Shown: piece after piece, positions 10,894 to 21,895 of the stretch | Layout of the letters: every line of letters begins with the position of its first letter | Numbering within the stretch: position 1 is the first letter of the stretch | DNA from: Octopus vulgaris | Lineage: Eukaryota | Assembly (NCBI GenBank): GCA_951406725.2 | Contig: OX597820.1 | Coordinates: forward strand, 71,052,001 to 71,116,000 | DNA length: 64,000 nt | Direction: 5' to 3' | Made by a program: the position numbers and the translations under genes | The notes under the pieces: model-generated | The model's database searches: none | What the model saw: only the letters and a program-made list of their open reading frames with translations | What the model was told of the DNA's origin: nothing

Positions 10894-13207
10894 TCTCATA
10901 TAAGACAGAGGGAGATTTTTTAGAGACATTATTTTGGCAAAAAAACTGCATCTTATATGCTATTGAATGACAAAACTATGTTTTGAAGATATGTTGGAAT
11001 GTGATACATGTAAAAGTGTAAAGAAGGGAAAAAATGACATGACAGGTCTCTGCAGGAAATCATTTGAGGCAGTTCCCTGCAAGGGTTTTATTAAAGACTA
11101 GGTAAGATTTTTGTTGTGGACTGGAAACAAATTAACTATATTTTTCTAACAGTAGATAACAGAGATTATCGTTAAATCAATATTCTGTGTTATCATATGA
11201 TAAGAAACAGTGGTTCCCAGCACGAAGAGATCATCAAACTACTTATCACTTCCCTGTTCAGCATGCCACCATTCCCCTCCATGCCACCATTCCCTTCTCT
11301 CTTTCTCTGATCTGACTTGTTCGTTTGCCAAGAGTAGGATGGGAGACTCAATTATGTCTAGGTCATAAGGTTACTGTCTTTAGCAGAATATAATGGTAAT
11401 CATTTTTAGAGCTAATGCTTGATAAGTAACACTTGCACAGACTTGTACTTTGTACAGCTTAAATGAAATATTTTGTTCTGGATAGGAAACCTAAAATTCT
11501 AAATATATTCACAAGGCGTATGAAATGATATCCTCAAAATAGGACAACTATTTTAATAGCATATAAATTCAACTTGCAATAAATCTCTACTATTTACACA
11601 CAATATTTTTTTCCTAGCCACCATAAATAACTATGATCTACACAGCGAGTTAGCTGCATCTCGTTCATAGTTTTTTTTCAGTGTTAGCCAGAGGTTTTAG
11701 GTCATTCCTAACTTTTCTATTCTAAGGTATCTTTATCCTACAACATTACAACAATGAATCAAATCATGAAACAATATGTAAACTACACACACATACACAT
11801 TTTTTATTTGCTATATAGTTTCCATTTAGGTAAAAAAAAAAATCTACCAGGAAAAAAACATTACCTTGAAACATCACATACTTTTACAAGTGTGCTGGCA
11901 ACAAAACATCAGAAAAATAATGTCAAGTTAGTTGTCATAGCAATAACTTGAAATGCAGAATAAGTGCTTCATGAAAAGATAAATTTATTTTTGTCTACAC
12001 ATATTTTTGCAAAGAAATTTATGTTTTCTAATAATTGCTTTATGTTGCCACTCACAACCTATTAATGGTAAATCTACAAGATGTCCATAGCATATCGTTA
12101 TAAAGAACTTCTTGTAACGACTAATGAGATGCATTAATCTAGTTAAATTTCTAATCTTGATATCTTCTGATCAACATTCTACGTTACATCAAAGTGCTTC
12201 AACATTTTGATGGTCATGTTAATGCCAGCTACTCTGCTGTATAAAATAAGGTAGTTCTTATATTTCTTATCAGGTAAACCATTCTGAAAATATGAATATT
12301 TCTGTTCTGTGTGTACGTTTTCCTGGTTTTATTTTTCAAATTTCTCTCTTCTATAAAAGAAGAGCTCCAAACCAGAAACAAGATTCTTCATTGGAATATA
12401 CACTTCAACTAAGGAAGGAGGAATGAAAGAAAAAAAAAAGGACGAATGGATGCACACATGCATGCATGCACACCTGTACATATTTAATTGCACATGCATG
12501 TACATGTGTCATATTTTTTACATGAATGCATGTCGTTACATGTGCTAATCTGCTTCTTTTCACGCATACATGAGTACACATGTTTGTCTACATATGTGTA
12601 CATACTACAGGCTAAACTGGAATGTTTCGCAAATTTTTTATACTTCTATTAATGGCTTGAAGTTGCAATTTTTTAGTTAGTTGTGTCTTTTCTAATTTAG
12701 TAAAAGCCCAGCATCTGAAGATTGATGACTGAAGCAGGCAGTTATATAACCAAGTTCCCCAACACCCACAGTTATAAATCTTAAGTTGTGGTCCACATAT
12801 AGTAGCTGCACATTTATCATTAGTTCGCCGTGGATATTTTCTTTTTGATTTTATGTTTAACATTATGTTAACATCTGGTGGACAGCTGATTTCTCAGTTT
12901 CTATTACTGTGCACAGCTTTTTTTTTTTTGCTGTCTCAGAGCATTATGTCTGATCTATTGTATATACATTTTACAGACATTTTGACAGGGAATTGTTCAA
13001 CTAGTATTCTTTCATATTAAGAATTACTACAACCTCCACATCACTGTAACTTGTATTTTGATCTTCAGGACTATCCTTCACAATGTAAAGTACGGTAGGG
13101 ACCATAGTAATTTACAGGATAAAGTACCTAGGACCCTACTGTATGCCATAGAGGACGTTAGTACAGCAATTACAGTTTTGAACAACTACAATGTATGTAT
13201 GTATGTA

Positions 13208-13240
<33 letters not shown>

Positions 13241-13348
13241 ATGCCATTATTCAGTTTATTTCAAGATTTCTTGCTAATAGAGAAAGAACCAGTTTCTAAC
13301 CTAGATCCAAGGCTCTTTTATTGGAATTTCAACATCAACAACGGTATT

Positions 13349-13498
13349 TTTGTTTGTTTGTTTGTTTGTTTGTTTGTTTGTATGTATGTATGTATGTATG
13401 TATGTATGTATGTATGTATGTATGTATGTATGTATGGATGGATGGATGGATGGATGGATGAATGGATGGATGTATATATGTATATGTGTATGTATGTA
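13349..13498. repeat. Compound tetranucleotide microsatellite (TTTG)(TATG)(GATG)
   Basis: Directly visible. Confidence 0.95.
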
Positions 13499-14034
13499 TT
13501 CTCATGCATATAGTTGCATATATAGACATGGTCATATATATTTAAATGATAATAGTCTTCGAATTAGCTTTCTCCTTACTGGTTTTGAGTAGCCTAATTT
13601 CTCAAGATTGGTATTTAGGCAGTGTGTTACATATCCCAGGGCATGTATGCATGTGTGTGTGTGTGCATGCATGCATGAGTTTATATACATGCAAGCATTT
13701 AAAAATGTAAGCATATGTACACATGCGTGCATATATACATGTATGTATGATATCTTCTTTCAGATTTATGTAAGTTTTTCCTTTGCAGAATTAAAGTCAA
13801 TCACTAATAAAGTGACAAGACTCTTTAGTCTCAGTCAAGACAGTGTCTGGGATTGTGAATGAATTTATGTATGCATACATGGGTGAGGGAATGGCTGTAT
13901 GGCTAATAAGCTTGCTTCCCAAACATGTAGTCTCTTGTCCAGTCATACTGTGTGGCATCTTAAGCAAGTTCTTCTACTAAAGTTCCAAGACAACTCGAGT
14001 GGATTTGGCTGACAGAAACTAAAAGAAACTCGTT

Positions 14035-14480
14035 ACTATCATCATCATCATCATCATCATCATCATTTAGCATCTGTTTTCCATGCTGGCATGGGTTAGA
14101 CAGTTTGACTGAAAATGGTAAACCAGAGAGCTGTACCAGGTTCTAGTCTGATTTGGCTTGGTTTCTATGGCTGGATGCCCTCCCTAATGCCAATCACTCC
14201 AAGAGTGTAATGGGTGCCTTTTATGTGCCACTGGCACCAGCAACAACTATGATTTCACTTGGCTTGATGTGTCTTCTCAAGCACAGCCAATCACCAAAGA
14301 TCTCAATCACTTGTCATCACCTCTGTGAGACTCAGCAGCTGAAGACCATTCTTCATCAACATGTCCTATGTCTCCCTGAGTCTACCTCGTTTCAATGGTC
14401 CCCTTCACAGCTATTTATGTATATGTTCTCTGTAGCCTGTCTCAACATCATGAAATGGTTGCAAATAAGCATCACTCTTA
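14035..14480 (-). mobile_element. RTE-clade LINE: decayed ORF C-terminus, 3' UTR and (GAT)n tail
   Basis: Minus frame KGPLKRGRLRET*DMLMKNGLQLLSLTEVMTSD*DLW*LAVLEKTHQA fits the RTE C-terminal RGRP..TW...DL...DR..WR pattern and is continuous with the (GAT)n-tailed repeat. Confidence 0.75.
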
Positions 14481-14649
14481 TAGAAGCAGTGTTGATCATT
14501 TCCAAGCTTCCATGAAAATATGTCCAGCCATAGGAAAATATTACCATACTTGGAAACAGGTATTGGTTGGTGACACTAAATGCAAGTGGACATTGAAAAT
14601 TTGCTTCAACAAATTCTATCTGATCCATGCAAGCATGGAAAAGTGGACA

Positions 14650-14865
14650 TTGTGGTTAGTAGCTTGCTTACCAACCACATGGTTCTGGGTACATTCCCAC
14701 TGCATGGCACTTTGGGCAAGTGTCTTCTACTATAGCCTTAGGCTGACCAAAGCCTTGTGAGTAGATTTGGTAGATGGAAACTGAAAGAAGCCTGTCGTAT
14801 ATATGTATGTGTGTGTGTATATGTTTGTGTGTCTGTGTTTGTCCCCCCAACATCGCTTGACAACC
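14650..14865 (+). mobile_element. CORE-type SINE family A, 5' part
   Basis: Head, CORE and microsatellite, truncated after CTTGACAACC. Confidence 0.85.
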
Positions 14866-15209
14866 AGGGACAGTCGCCCAGGGTGCTATGCAGTAGAGCT
14901 GAACTCAGAACCATGTATAAGAGAAGCAAACTACTGGTGGTACAGCCACACCTGCACCTACACCAATTCATGCATAACTTCAGCAGATATTTGATGTGCA
15001 TTGTAGATTGCTAACTGATTCCACGTTAATGGCAGTTAGAACAGTTAATAACTTTTCAAAGTAAAAGTAAACCTTTGTTATGTAATCATCAATTAAAGAA
15101 AGTGACAAATGCAACAGTTTGTGGAAAAGTTGTTGAACCAAATGGAATTCTGTCAGATCTGCTACGGATTTTTCCTTGTGCCAAACTTCTTTAACTAATT
15201 ACAAATTCA

Positions 15210-15655
15210 ATAATCACTGGAAATGACCTCCCAGAAGAATAGAGTAAGTTTATGGTCGTAGTAATCCCGGAGGAAGGAAGCAGCTGTCTTTCAGAAAATC
15301 AAAAGGGATTACTGTTCATATTCACCGATGCAAAACTCTTTAATTGAGTGCTACTTACAAAACGAAGAACAAGACTAGAAGGATTAATTCTATGTTTCTA
15401 GTCTGGCTCCAGGCCAAACAGAAATACTACTGAACAAATAATACCATTATTAAGAATATGTATTTGATGTATTTGATTTTGTTAATGGGGCAGCAATTGA
15501 AGATATCCTAAAGTTCTATGAAGTGTGAAACTTATTCATTAACACTATTCTCATTCTCAGCAATGGTAATGGCTTTGTGACATCTTCAGGTGTACATCAG
15601 GAACTAACAAACTTGCACCTTGACTTTTCATAGCTGTTATGGATTACGTAATTTG
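15210..15655 (+). pseudogene. Decayed non-LTR (RTE-like) reverse transcriptase fragment
   Basis: LPEE*SKFMVVVIPEEG...ENQKGLLFIFTDAKLFN*VLL...*SGSRPNRNTTEQIIPLLRI, then FVTSSGVHQ...LAP*LFIAVMDYV. These match RT motifs PxEW..IPKKG..NYRGI..QxGFR..T.xQI and GVxQG..LxPxLF. Confidence 0.75.
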
Positions 15656-15658
15656 TAT

Positions 15659-15887
15659 AGGCACAGGCATGGCTGTGTGGTAAGAAGCTTGACTCCCAAC
15701 CACATGGTTCTGGGTTCAATCACACTGCATGACATCTTGAACAAGTGTCTTCTACTATAGCCTCAGGTCGACCAAAGCCTTGTGAGTGGATTTGTAAGAC
15801 GGAAACTAAAAGAAGCCTCTCATATATATATGTATGTGTGAGTGTGTGTGTGTATGTGTGTGTGTTTGACCCCCACCAACACTTGAC
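15659..15887 (+). mobile_element. CORE-type SINE family A, 5' part
   Basis: GGCATGGCTGTGTGGTAAG head through CTTGAC; truncates the RT remnant. Confidence 0.85.
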
Positions 15888-16330
15888 ATATACATGCATG
15901 CCTATATGTAGGCATATACATGCATGCATCATACATACATACAAACATACATACATGCATACATACATACATACATACATACATACATACATACATACAT
16001 ACATACATACATACATGTAATCCTTTTTATAACAACCCATCTGGAACAAAATCATCATCGACACCATTTAATGCCCCTTTTCAACGTTGGCATGGGCTGG
16101 ATAGCGTGACAGGAGTGCACCAGGCTCTTTTGTTTGCTTTGAATGCCAACCAGTTCACAGCGTGCACAGGGTGCTTTCTACATGGCAGTGACACCATTGA
16201 GGTCACCAAGTAACTTGCAAGACAAAAGACCCTTCAACTGAGAGAAGGAGTAGAAGTGAGGGAAATGGCTATATATACCAGGTGACAGGAGATGTGATAG
16301 AGGGAAAGAAACAGATATGTTGCTGTTGAA

Positions 16331-16708
16331 GGGAGAGAGAAGAGGGGACAGAGAGAGAGAAGAGGGGACAGAGAGAGAGAAGAGGGGACAGAGAGAGAGA
16401 AGAGGAAACAGAGAGAGAGAAGGGACAGACAGAAGAGGGGACTGAGAGAGAGAAGAAGAGACAGAGAGAGAAGAGGGGACAGAGAGAGAGAAGAGGGGAC
16501 AGAGAGAGAGAGAGAGAAGAGGAGACAGAGAGAGAGAAGAGGAAACAGAGAGAGAGAAGGGACAGACAGAAGAGGGGACTGAGAGAGAGAAGAGGAGACA
16601 GAAAGAGAAGAGGGGACAGAGAGAGAGAAGAGGGGACAGAGAGAGAGAAGAGAAGACAGAGAGAGAGAAGAGGGGACGGAGAGAAGGGGGGACTGAGAGA
16701 AGAGGGGA
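16331..16708. repeat. Polypurine minisatellite, about 20-bp unit GAGAGAGAGAAGAGGGGACA
   Basis: About 19 degenerate tandem units, almost purely purine on the + strand. Confidence 0.9.
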
Positions 16709-16913
16709 AAAATTTTATCCTACATTAGTTATAAATTTAATAGTGTTCACTTCCAGATTCTCTCACTCAGTGAAAGTTTCTAGTTCGAATCACACGTGTC
16801 TCGAGATGTGCCGAAGATTTTCTATTTTGGATATATTTGGAGTACTTAGGTCTGCCCAGGACTTAGTGCTTGCTTTTTCCATGGGTATGAGAAAGTATTT
16901 CACTTATATCTCA

Positions 16914-16966
16914 CGCTGAAGAGGGGAAAATTCTTATGAATTAACCCCGAAATTGGGACCAATACG
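16914..16966 (+). ncRNA. Type I hammerhead ribozyme motif with canonical core
   Basis: CG-CTGAAGA-GGGG AA AATTC TTAT GAATT AA CCCC-GAAA-TTGG GA CCAA-TA-CG. Exact CUGANGA/GAAA/UH core, paired stems II and III, short stem I. Confidence 0.8.
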
Positions 16967-17123
16967 GTAATAACGGATTATTTGGAAATTTCTATCGGTT
17001 TGTTTCGAGACGCATAAATTATAATGGTTATTGACAATTTTGTCTTTTTTTCGGCATATTTGGCATTAGAATTTTTCTTTTGCCCTTATTTTGTAAATTA
17101 TTTATATATATATATATATATAT

Positions 17124-17283
17124 ACGACAGGCTTCTTTTAGTTTCCATCTACCAAATCCTCTCACAAGGCTTTGGTTGGTCCAAGGTTACAGAAGAAGAC
17201 ACTTACCCAAAGTGCCACATTATGGGACTGAACCCGGAACCATGTGGTTGGTAAGCAAGCTACTTAACATGCAGCCACTCCTA
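17124..17283 (-). mobile_element. CORE-type SINE family A, 5' half
   Basis: Reverse complement of head and CORE, ending in (TA)n. Confidence 0.85.
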
Positions 17284-17648
17284 TATATCCATATACATTC
17301 ATATGTATATATCTATATGTATGTATGTGTGTATTTTTGTGTCTGTGTTTGTGTTGGTGTGTTTGCATAAACAATAACTTAGCAGTTCAACCAAAGAGAT
17401 CAATAGAATAAGTACCAAGCTTAAAAATATATGTATTGGGGCCGATTCACGCGACTAAAAATTCAAGGCAGTGCTCCAGCATGGCGGCAGTCTAATGACT
17501 GAAACAAGTAAAAGATAAAAAATAAAAGTTATTTGGCATCGATACACAACCAGCTGTTTTAAAATGTTTATATTTTACCAATAATTTTTCTCATTTTATA
17601 TTTTCAGGTTCAGTTCCACTGCTTGATACCTTAAGCAAGTGTCTTCTA

Positions 17649-18906
17649 TTAGGTAGTCCAGAAAGTTCTGAGTGTTTTTTAATATGCAAAACAGGATATA
17701 AATAATTGACCTTTCAATAAATTTTATTCAATGAAATAATTTCCATTATTATTAATGACCTTTGACCATCTATCAAGCAATTTAAATTTTCCATCAGCAT
17801 AAAATTTGACTGGTTTTGAAGAAAAAAAGTTATCTTGATGCATTTTGACTCCATCTAAATCATTAAATATTTTTCTTTAGAATGAGTTCTGTGGAGACAG
17901 AAACAAGAGGTAGTCAGATAGCACACCATCAGGAGAATATAGTGGATGGGGTAAGAGATTCCAGCCAAGTTCATGTAACTTTGTTCAGGTAGCCAAAGAC
18001 ACATGCAGTCAGGCATTGTCTTGTTGGAACATTACCCCTTTCCTGTTGGCAATCTCCAGCCTCGATTCTTTAATTTTTTGTTTCAAATCTACCAGCTGTT
18101 GACAGTACACATCGTAATAAATGGTCTGGTTCTGTAAGAGAAGCTCATAATAAATAATGCCGTTATAACCCCATCAAACACAAATTATAGCTTTTTTGGC
18201 ATGAATATTTATCTTTGGTTGCTGTTTCGGGGGATCCTTACGCAAACTCCAGGATCTTTTCTCACTATCTTTTCATATACAATCCATTTTTCATCTCCAA
18301 TCACAAGTTGTTTCAAAAAATGCATGCTTTCATTCCATTTCAAAAGCATATCACAAATGGAATACTTATTCAAAAAATTCTTTTCTGAAAGTTTGTGAGT
18401 GACCCATACATTTTGAAAGAAATGTATCCTAGCTTCGATAGGTGTTCATGAGTCATACTTTTAGAAACTTCAAACTCCACTGCAAACTCTCTAGTTGTGA
18501 TATTAGAGTTTTCTTTGATTTTTGCCTTAAAAACATCTTCATCGAATTTTGAAGGTTTTCCACTGCAACTGTCATTTTCCAAGCTAAACTCTCCAGCTTT
18601 AAATTTTGCAAACCACCTTTGAACAGTTGATTCACCTACTCCATCATCACTCTAAACTTCACAAATGATTTTGTAAATCTTTGTGAAACATTACAACTTG
18701 AATATGAAATTTTTGGTTATTCATTTCAAATGTCAATAAAGGGTAACTGGAATGAACGATAAGTCTATTTTTAGTCAAGAACAAAGAAGAAATGCACTAC
18801 CACTTCAAGCAATGCCAAAGCCTTAACTGTGATATGTTTCAGGTGTGTTCAATGAAATGTTAAAAGATTTAGCTTAAAAACACTCAGAACTTTCCAGATA
18901 ACCTAA
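17649..18906 (-). mobile_element. Full-length decayed mariner (DD34D-type) transposon, 1258 bp
   Basis: TA|TTAGGTAGTCCAGAAAGTTCTGAGTGTTTTT ... AAAAACACTCAGAACTTTCCAGATAACCTAA|TA. TIRs of about 31 bp and a TA duplication; splits a family A SINE at TTC(TA)CTATAG. Confidence 0.92.
17730..18735 (-). pseudogene. Mariner transposase pseudogene
   Basis: HTH region SGKPSKFDED...ITTREFAVEFEVSKS...HLSKLG; WVTHKL (WVPHEL-like); LVIGDEKWIVY; FQQDNA*; LPHPLYSPDGVLSDY (YSPDLAPSD-like). Multiple stops and frameshifts. Confidence 0.9.
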
Positions 18907-18946
18907 TACTATAGCCCCAGACCAACCAAAGTCTTATGAAGGGATG

Positions 18947-19305
18947 TCATTATCATCATCGTTTAACGTCTGCTTTCCATGTTAGCATGGGTTGGACGAT
19001 TTTGACTGAGGGCTGGCGAACCAGATGGCTGCACCAGGCTCCAATCTTGATCTGGCAGAGTTTCTACAGCTGGATGCCCTTCCTAACGCCAACCACTCCA
19101 AGAGAGTAGTGGGTGCTTTTTACATGCCACCGGCATGGGGGCCAGTCAGGCGATACTGACAATGACCTCATTTGAATCTTTTTATACATGCCACTGACAC
19201 AGGTGCCAGTAAGGCGACGTTGGTAATGATCACGCTCAAATGGTGCCCTTTTACGTGCCACGGCACGGAGGCTAGTCAGGCAGTACTGGCAATGACCTCG
19301 CTCGA
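18947..19305 (-). mobile_element. RTE LINE 3' UTR with internal GTGCCGGTGGCACGTAAAA repeats
   Basis: Three or more copies of the GGCACGTAAAA-type unit, then the GGAAGGGCATCCAG...(GAT)n tail on the minus strand. Confidence 0.8.
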
Positions 19306-19647
19306 GTGGTAGATGAAAATTGAAAGAAGCCCATCGTATATATGTGTGTGTGTGCTTGTCCCCCACCACTGCTTGACAACTGGGATTGGTTTGTTTACAT
19401 CTCCATAACTCAGCCATTCAGCAAAACCCTGGAGTGTGTCTTACACCCAAGGCAAAGTTAAACACTATGAAGGAAAAAGAATTTTAGTATCAAGACTTAA
19501 CAGTATATTAAATACACTTATCCACTAGTAAATGCAGTAACTTCATGTAAAATTTTCTGCTGTTTTTTATCTTTTTTTATTTATCTTTCTTATCACCATC
19601 ATTATTATTATTATTATTACCATCATCATCATTGGAAGCAGTAATAG

Positions 19648-19865
19648 TAAGGTGGCAAGCTAGTAGAATCGTTAGCATGCCAGCTAAAATGCTTAGCACT
19701 ATTTTGCCCATCACTACATTCTGAGTTCAAATTCCACCAAGGTTAATTTTGCCTTTCATCCTTTTGAGGGTCGATAAAGTAAGTCCAAGTGAAACCCTGG
19801 GGTCGATGTAATCAACTAGTCCCCTCCCCTAAAATTTCAGGCCTCGTGCCTTTAGTAGAATGGAT
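19648..19865 (+). mobile_element. SINE family M (Meta-domain-like)
   Basis: AAGGTGGCAAGCTAGTAGAA head, GAGTTCAAATTCC B-box and central TTTGCCTTTCATCCTTTTGAGGGTCGATAAA. The domain name is recalled, not verified. Confidence 0.75.
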
Positions 19866-19885
19866 TATTATTAGTAGTGGCGGTG

Positions 19886-19926
<41 letters not shown>

Positions 19927-20964
19927 TTTGATAAATTATGTTCCAAACATCAGTTTAATATTGAATACACTTCTCATACATGGAGGACTACACCTTAAGG
20001 AATATCAATATTTAAACTGACTACCAATTAATGAAAAACGATTAGGTATATTACTAAATCACTCCAAATTCTTGATTATTTGCGAAATTAATTGAAACTT
20101 AGGCTGTGCGTTTCATCAGAAATGCTGTCATGAAAAGATTAAAGGATATAATTCTGACATAAAAGTTAAACACAGCCATTATTTAGAGCTTTTACTAGGA
20201 ACTAGTAAGCTAAGCTTTGTGATCACAAGAATAATAATCTCCTTAAGCTCACAAAGATTTCAGAACAAATCAACAAATAAAAAAATCTATGTGGTCATTC
20301 TATCTGCTGGAAATAGCAGCCAAATCTTTCTTGTGGAAAAGCATATCTATTATCTTTTAATTGTTTCAGTCAATGGACTGTGGTCATGCTGGGGCACTGC
20401 TTTGAAGGGTTTAGTCAAAATAGAGCCCAGTATATATTTTTTAAGTCTGATACTTATTCTACCAGTCTCTTGCTGAACTGCTAAGTTACAGGGATGTAAG
20501 CAAACCAACCTAGTTGACAAGGGGTAGAACAAGCTTAAGCACACACACACACACACACACAAGACAGGCTTTCGTACATTTTCCATCTACCAAATTCATT
20601 CACGAGGCATTGGGACTGTGGTAGAAGAAACTTGCTCAAAGTGCCACACAGTAGGACTGAAGCTGAAACTATATGGTTGCAAAGCAATCTTTGTGACCAC
20701 CTAACCCTAGCCCATGCCTAACCTCCTATTGTTCCTGAAACAGGAAGGACATATGAAATAATGCAGTCCAATATTTTAAATGTCTTTTATTTTTTTAAAT
20801 TGATTTTTATCTGTATGTGAAAATATATCCTTTGTTCTGCAATGCTTGTTGTTACTATTGTTGTATTCCTGGTCAGCCTTAAATGTGCAACAAAAGGCAT
20901 TCCTGCCATGACTATCTCTTCTTTTATTCAGTGTATATTTAGGACTTAGCAATGCAGTAAGGTA

Positions 20965-21269
20965 GAGGCACATGGCCTAGTGGTTAGAGTAGCGGACTCG
21001 CAGTCGAGGGATCGTGGGTTCAAATCTCAGACTGGGCGATGTGTGTGTTTATGAGCGAAACACCTAAGCTCCACGCAGCTCTGGCAGAAGGTAATGGCGA
21101 ACTTCTGCTGACTCTTTCGCCACAACTTTCTCTCGCTCTTTCCTCCTGCATCTTGCATCTCACCTGCGATGGACTGGCGTCCCATCCAGGTGGGGAGTCT
21201 ATACGCCAAGGAAACCGGGAACCCGGCCCTTATGAGCCAGATGTGGCTCGAGAGGTAACAAACAACAAC
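20965..21269 (+). mobile_element. tRNA-derived SINE with V-SINE-like segment and (AAC)n tail
   Basis: TGGCCTAGTGG A-box, GGTTCAAATCT B-box, CCTGCGATGGACTGGCGTCCCATCCAGG segment; flanking AATGCAGTAAGG / AACGTAGTAAGG is TSD-like. Confidence 0.75.
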
Positions 21270-21514
21270 GTAGTAAGGATCCTCAACCCAGGGATGAGAG
21301 CAGAGATATTTTTGGTGCCCCACTTTAATTAACAAGTACGATAAGCTGTAGAAAAATGTGCACCCTATGCACCTACACTTAGAGGTACCCTGCTTTCCAC
21401 TGACAACCCTTTTGTTACAACTCAATGGACTGCATTATCCAGTGGAAATTTAAATGAAAATGAGATTTCAAAATGAGTTAGAAAATATTTATATCTGAAT
21501 AAAATACAGTCAAT

Positions 21515-21895
21515 TGCTAGTGGTAAGAAGTTTGCTTCTCAACATATAGTCTCAGGTTCAGTCCTACTCTGTGGAACCTAGGCAAGACTATAGCCCCAGG
21601 CCAATAAAAAAATGTGAGGATTTGGTAGAAGGAAACTAGAAGAAACCCAGTGTGTGTGTGCATGTGTGTGTGTTTTATATATTTGTTACTGTCTCCTTGC
21701 CTTGACATTATGTGATAGTTGTAAATGAGAGTCACTGTCATGCAAACAGTATCCTTTGTTTCCAATCTTCCATAAAAACATGTCTGGCCATGGGGTAATA
21801 TTACCTTACTGGAAATAGGTGAGAGCTGGCAACAGAGAGAAAATGTAGAAAATGCACCTCAACTAATTATGTCCAGCCCATGCCAGCACATTAAA
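21515..21895 (+). mobile_element. SINE family C: family-A-like head and CORE with an RTE-like 3' tail
   Basis: Head as in family A, a different middle, and a tail ending CCCATGCCAGCA. Related copies at about 39120-39530 (-), 48150-48570 (+), 51990-52423 (-) and 63500-63830 (-). Confidence 0.65.

Noticed and set aside
20965-21035. tRNA-like sequence
   Set aside because: Has A/B boxes but no convincing acceptor stem, and continues into a SINE body; treated as a SINE head.
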